Assembly: GCA_000004695.1 (NCBI GenBank)
Contig: CM000151.3
Span: 6,016,001-6,080,000 of the forward strand
From: Dictyostelium discoideum
Lineage: Eukaryota
Reading direction: 5' to 3'
Length of the DNA: 64,000 nt
Positions within the stretch are counted from its first letter, which is position 1, and each line of letters begins with the position of its first letter. Both the position numbers and the translations under genes were made by a program. The notes under the pieces are model-generated. The model did not search any database. It was given only the letters and a program-made list of their open reading frames with translations, and was not told the DNA's origin. Positions 57,851 to 64,000 of this stretch are shown here, piece by piece.

Positions 57851-58152
57851 CAATTTTTAAAATGAAATTAATACAATGTGACATATAAGTTAAAAAAAAA
57901 TTAAATAATGAAAAAAACAAAAAAAAAAAAAATTAAATAATGATAATAAAAAAAAAAAAAAAATTAATTTGGAAATTTAAAAATTTTGGTGGGATTTTAT
58001 TTATAACGGATAAAAAAAATAAAAAGTGGAGAAATGATGATTTAATATTTTTAAATAAAAAAAAAAAATAGAAAAAAAAAAAACAAACCAAAGATTAAAC
58101 AAATCAAAGAAAAAACAATTTTGTATCTTTTTAATTTTATTTATTTCTATTT

Positions 58153-58197
<45 letters not shown>

Positions 58198-58431
58198 AAT
58201 TCTAATAAAATGAAAAAAGAAAAGAAAAAAAAATTGGCGCTAAAAATTAATTTTTTAATTTCTTTTTTTTTTTTTTTTTTTTTTTTAATTATTTCAAAAT
58301 CCACCACAAACACTGAAAGTAGATATAGAGGAAAAATTAATTGATATCATATAAACATAAATTTGTACATATTATTTAAATAAGTAAACAAATAAATAAA
58401 TTAATAAAAAAAAAAAAAAATAAATAAATAA

Positions 58432-60592
58432 ATGGCAACAAGAGCAACAAGAGCAGCATCAGAAGTTGCAAAAACTAAAGCAGCAACCAATTTACCAAGT
58501 ATAAGAAAAAGAAAATCAATCGAGAATGAAGAAGAGGAATCCAAACATAATACATCAATTAACGATGATGGAGAATTAGATAGTGATATTGATGAAGAGG
58601 ATGAATCAAAATTTGAAAAAGAATTTACTGTTAAAAAAAGACAAAAGAAATCACCAGCAAAAACTCAACAACAACCACAAAAATCAATCACTACACCAAC
58701 TAAACCTACACCAACTAAAACAACCTCAAAACCAACTAAACCATCAGCTACTACATCTCCATCACAACAAAAACAATCTTCCCAATCATCTCAAAATACT
58801 AGTAAAAAACAAGCAACCTCATCATCATCACAACAATCAACACAACAAAAGAAGAAAGAAACTAAAATTAAATATAACTTAAAACCAATTAACATTGAAA
58901 GATTAGCAACTTATGATCAACATATGAGTGGTACACTTTCAAATGAAAAAATAATAAAAAGATTAAAGGTATGAATTCAATAAAATTATTAAATAGCAAT
59001 AATAATTATATATTAATAAAGATCTTTATTATTATTAAAAAAATAGAAATTAGATGAATATTTACAAGATAAAAAAAGAGGTAATACAGAAGGATTAGAG
59101 ATTGTATTAGAAGTTTTAATTGATCCAAAGTTTGCAGATAATAAAATATTTGAAATTAGATTAATGACATCATGTTGTTTATCAGAGATATTTAGAATCT
59201 ATGCACCAACATTACCATTCGATATGGTGGTATTAAAAGTTGTATTCAAATTATTTACGGAACAAGTTTTACAAGGTGATAAAGTTGATAAGAAATTATT
59301 TCCACAATATTTCCAAATGTTGGAGAGATTATCAGTGATAAAGGTATTTGCATTATTGGCACTTGTAGACTCATCAATGTTGACACCATTCTTTAAAGAT
59401 TGTCTATCAAGAGTGCATGGTGATAAAGAACATCAACCAATGGATATAATGTTTTCAACTCTATTAAACACGATCTTGGAATCATTAGAAGAGGTACCAA
59501 CTTCACTTTGGAATGAATTATTAGAATCATTGATTGAACGTGAAAAAGGTGGCGTACCAACATCAAAAGCAATCTTTACACATGATTTAATTGAAACAAA
59601 TTCAAGATTCCTTCAAGTTCATTTTGATTTATTCTTACAAGATTTATTAGAACCTGAAATATTAGCAGGAGGACAGCAACAGCAACAACAAGATTCATCA
59701 TTAAGTAATAATGGTATTTCAAAACAATTAAAAAAGAAAAAGAATGAAATTCTATTTGAAATGTTTAATATTTTACCAGAATTTATTTATCCAGCATTAC
59801 AAAATTTAGAATTTGATTTAGAGGATGTTAATGCATCAATTAGAAAAGGTGCAGCAATAGTGTTATCAAGATGTTACTCGACAGAAAGTGCCTCTGATGA
59901 ATTGATTGCTCAAAGACCAACATTGTACACAACATTTTTAAATAGATTTCATGATGTTGATATTAAAATTCGTACAGTTATGATGGAATTTTCAGAACAT
60001 TTTACCACCACATCAGATTTGGAAATGGAAAGAGTTTTAAAGAGTGTTCGTGACAGATTTAGAGATTCAGAACCTGATATTAGAATTAAAGCCATTCAAA
60101 TCTTTCAAAAGTATATCATAAAGAATCCAGAGTTGATGAATCCAGAGTTGATGTCTGAATATTTGGAGAGAGTTAGAGATAAAGATAGCAAAGTTAGGAA
60201 GGATGCTGAAATTTCCCTATCAACCGTTTGGAGATCAGTTCGTGAAAAGTATGGTCCAATAGATGATTGGTCAAATACATTGATCGATTGTTTCTCAACT
60301 ATTCCAAATACATTAATTCATTGTTTAGGTCTTTATGATGATGATAAATATAGAATAGAGATTGCTTTCGATTCAATTCTTTTACCACAACATAGTGATG
60401 TTAAAAATAGATCACAAGTATTCTTGGAGATTTATAAATATTTAGATGAATCAAATAAACAATTATTTAAAAAGTATTTAGAAGAAAAGAAATCATTACG
60501 TCAAGAATTTTTAGCATTAATTCAATTTTTAAAGAATCCAAAAGTTGTTGGTGGTTCAACTACACCAACTTCAAAGAAATCACAACCACCTC

Positions 60593-60631
<39 letters not shown>

Positions 60632-62862
60632 TACAACAACCTGAAAATGATATTGAAGTTTATATTACACATGTCGATAATTTATTACCAAAATTTATTG
60701 GTGAAAGTTCAAAGAAATTAGTTCGTCAATTGATTACACCATCGAATAAAAAGATTTTAGATTTATTGGTATTAATCTCTGATATAAATACAACATTTCA
60801 AGAACAATATAATATAAAGATTTCAATTATATCAAAGGCTCAAAATGAATCATCATTCTCAGAGTTTATAAAATATATGGTAAATAAATTGGCATATTCT
60901 ATAGTTGGTAAAGAGAATATTAAATATTTGTTAAGAGGATTAAGAAGTGATTTAGGTTTAGATAATTTCGATAAAAATAATCCAATTGATTTATTGGAAG
61001 AGTTTAACGAGAAAATCTACGAGAAAGAGGTTAAAGATGGTGTACCAGAGACATTAGAGGTTTTATTGATGTTGTCTCAAGTCTATGCAAATATTTTCGA
61101 TGATTATGGTGATCAATTAGTTGGTTTCTTAACTTGTTCAAAGTCAATAGTTTATCCAGTTTTACAAATTCTATCAAATTCTTGGAAAACTTTGAAACTA
61201 TCAAAGAAAACCCTAAAGAGTACATTGGATATGTTATTAAGATTGACTCAAGTACCACAACCAACACTTGCAAGATTAGCATTCAAAACCTTTATTAAAT
61301 TTGCAACACCAGCTTTAACAAGTATAAATTCAACCAATGGTAAAGTTGATAACAATAAATTAGTGGTCACATTGAAAGATTTAGCAAATAATTTATTCGA
61401 TCAATTAGAGGATAAATCAAAGAATCTCCTTTCAATTCTAGAGGTAATTGGTTGTTTGGCAAAGGGTTATTCATTAGTATTATCAGAACATTTGGATACA
61501 TTGGATATTTTATTAATTAAAAAGATTATGACTGGAGTTTGTACATTGGATTTCAATCAAAAGGTACAATTAAATAAATCTGTCGAACATCATTTAAATA
61601 CTTCCTATAGTAAAGATGTACTAATAAAGATTGCTGCAATTAAATGTATGTCAAATTATCTATTGGGTTTACGTGAAATTACAAAGAAATCTCATGAAAT
61701 GGTTAATATGCTATTCGAATTCTACATTGGTTTAGACAAAAATAAAACTTACAATGATTTGGAAAAGAGTCATCTAAAAATTCATATTGCAATAGGTTTA
61801 TTAAGAGTTTTCCAAAGAAGTCAATACGAGAAAGAAATTACACCACAACAATTCATTCTTATTTGTAATTCTACCTCTATCACTACTAAACAAAGAGGCG
61901 ATCCATTAATTAGAAGATTAATAGAAAAGTTGGCAAAAGTGATGATTTTAAATCGTTTACCAATGAAGTATATGGCTGCTTTTGGTATGGCTGCTCAACA
62001 ACCTTATTCTGTGTTGGCATTGGTTCGTAAACATTCAACATCAATTATAAAAACTAGAAGAATGGTTATATCTCGTTTGGCTGCATCATTATCAATGGCA
62101 AAGAATTTAACCGAGTTTTATCCAGAATCTTCAATGCCTTACTTTTTATATGTAGTTAGTCATCGTGAGGATTTTGAAAGGGATGCTCCTGATTACATTG
62201 AATCAGCATGTTATTTAAACTTTTTCATCGATCTATTGGTAGAGGAAGCCGATAACTATTCAATCATTCATACTATCTTTACAAAGCTAAAGAGATCAAC
62301 TGATGCACTCGATAAAAAATCAAAGAATCATATTATTGCTGCTGAATTGGGTCTTCAAATTTTAACTCATCAATATCAACAAAAGAAATGGAAACCACAA
62401 AAACATCCTATTGTTATTGTTTTACCAGAGAAATTCTATATCATTCATGATGATCAAGATGAAATGTCAATCGATGATGAAGTTACCTCAATTAAATTAC
62501 CAAGTTTATTACCAAAAAGATTTAAATTACCACCTTTACCTTCTATTACTGATCAAAATAATAATAATAATAATAATAATACTAACTCAACCAATAATGA
62601 TGAATCAGAAAAAGATGAAAATAATAATAATAAAAATGATAATGATAATGATAATGATAATGATGATAATTCCACTACAGCAGTACCTCAAAAATCAATA
62701 ATATCAAAACCTCCAGCCAAAAAAGTATCAAAAAAAGCAGCAGCAAAACAAAAATCACCAAAAAAGAAAACAAATAAAAAGAAAAAACAATCTAGTAGTG
62801 AAGAGGAAGTATCTAGTAGTGAAGAGGAAGATGAAAGTCAAGATGAAGAGGTCGAGAATTAA
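58432..62862 (+). CDS. pds5: Sister-chromatid cohesion protein PDS5 homolog (HEAT-repeat), 2 exons
   Basis: Exon 1 is 58432-58968 (low-complexity basic N-terminus ending KIKYNLKPINIERLATYDQHMSGTLSNEKIIKRLK, donor gtatga). Intron is 78 nt. Exon 2 is 59047-62862, starting KLDEYLQDKK...FADNKIFEIRLMTSCCLSEIFRIYAPTLPF (compare human PDS5 [22 protein letters not shown]). HEAT-repeat body about 1270 aa; acidic/basic tail with poly-Q/N. Confidence 0.85.
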
Positions 62863-62880
62863 GGAGATAATTATATTAAA

Positions 62881-62931
62881 AAATAAAAATAAAAATAAAA
62901 ATAAAAATAAAAATAAAAATAAAAATAAATA
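62881..62931. repeat. (AAAAAT)8 hexamer repeat in the 3' flank of PDS5
   Basis: aaaaataaaaataaaaat... Confidence 0.85.
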
Positions 62932-63795
62932 ACAAGATCAATAAAAATAATAATAATAATAATCAATTATAATAATAAAAAATAATAAAATAAATATTAA
63001 TAATAAAAAATTAATAATAAAAATAAAATGATTTCATATTATTTGTAAACATAAAATCTATATCATTGTATTATGACTACAAAAAAAGAATAAAAAACAA
63101 AAAATTAACAAAAAAATTAATAAATAAATAAAAAAAAAAATAAAAAAAAATCTTATTTATTTAAGAATATGATAGAACATAATAAAAACAACCAGAATAA
63201 AAAAAAAAAAATAAAAAAAATAAAAAAACAAAAATATAACCATTCCTAAAATAGAACCACTGGGGTTTAAACCCAATAAAAAAAAAAATAAAAAAAAAAT
63301 TAATGAAATAAAATAAAAATCCAAGATATCTAATCACACCTTCGTTATTATAATTTTTTTTTTTTTTTTCTTTCCTCAAGTTATTTATTCCAATGATTTA
63401 TCTAATCAAAATACCTTTTTTTTTTTTTCGTTTTTATCCACTTTTTTTTATTTATTTTATTTTATTTTATTTATTTTACTTTTTTTTATAATTAAAAAAG
63501 AATAGGTATTCTTTTGTTAATATTATCTGATAATAAAAAAATAATATGCAAATCTACCTTTGGTTATTAATAATTAGTTGGTTCTTTAAAAAATAATATG
63601 AATAATGTAACATTATATAACATAACATAACATAACATAATATAATATAATATAATTGAAATAGATTTATTTTAATATCAAAATTCTAGAAATGTTTGTT
63701 ACTTGGGTTTTTTAAAGTCTCCCATATAACCTATAAAAATTTTACAATTAGTCTTATAATCGACTTCATTTTTTAACAACTAATTATAATATTTG

Positions 63796-63828
<33 letters not shown>

Positions 63829-64000
63829 AAAATTTTTTAATTTAATATAATTAAAATATTATTTTATTTATTTATTTTTTTTTTTTTTTTTTTAAATCTG
63901 TGGGCGTTAACAATCCGAAATTGATTTAAAAAGGTTTTTTTTTTTTTTTTTTAATGATTTAATTGTGCAAGTAAAAAACTTAATCAACATTTAATAAAAA

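Overview
This 64 kb window is an AT-rich eukaryotic nuclear segment with hallmark Dictyostelium (social amoeba) features. Coding (AAT)n/(CAA)n tracts give poly-Asn/poly-Gln runs. Introns are short (80-320 nt), more than 90% A+T, and GT..AG. Intergenic DNA is full of poly(dA)/poly(dT) tracts, and third codon positions are A/T-biased. I can support about 27 protein-coding genes on both strands. All coordinates were derived by hand from the sequence and ORF track; splice-site positions may be off by a base.

Recognisable genes include:
- class I O-methyltransferase (3' exon only)
- SDE2
- an NT-C2/coiled-coil/DIL gene
- two maltose O-acetyltransferase paralogs
- a DEAD-box helicase
- a secreted Kelch propeller
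- DUF962/Mpo1-like protein
- GH2 beta-mannosidase
- SpoU/MRM1-like RNA methyltransferase
- Na+/H+ exchanger
- a very large ankyrin/C1/EF-hand/PIP5K kinase
- an AsnO-type asparagine synthetase
- a bacterial EttA-like ABCF ATPase and an AcpS phosphopantetheinyl transferase, each with a presequence exon
- TFIIH p34
- a tentative TBCC/CARP-like protein
- DCAF7/WDR68
- DUF2838-like membrane protein (tentative)
- a Ser-rich surface glycoprotein
- PDS5
- several lineage-specific small proteins

I found no rRNA, tRNA, CRISPR array or intact transposon.

The most interesting points are:
- a duplicated two-gene module (acetyltransferase plus a novel C4 zinc-ribbon mini-protein)
- bacterial-type genes domesticated with introns and targeting exons (EttA-like ABCF, AcpS, AsnO-like, Maa)
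- an unusual ankyrin-C1-EF-hand-PIPK architecture
- extreme coding and intronic microsatellites
- an unexplained GC-rich exon-like island
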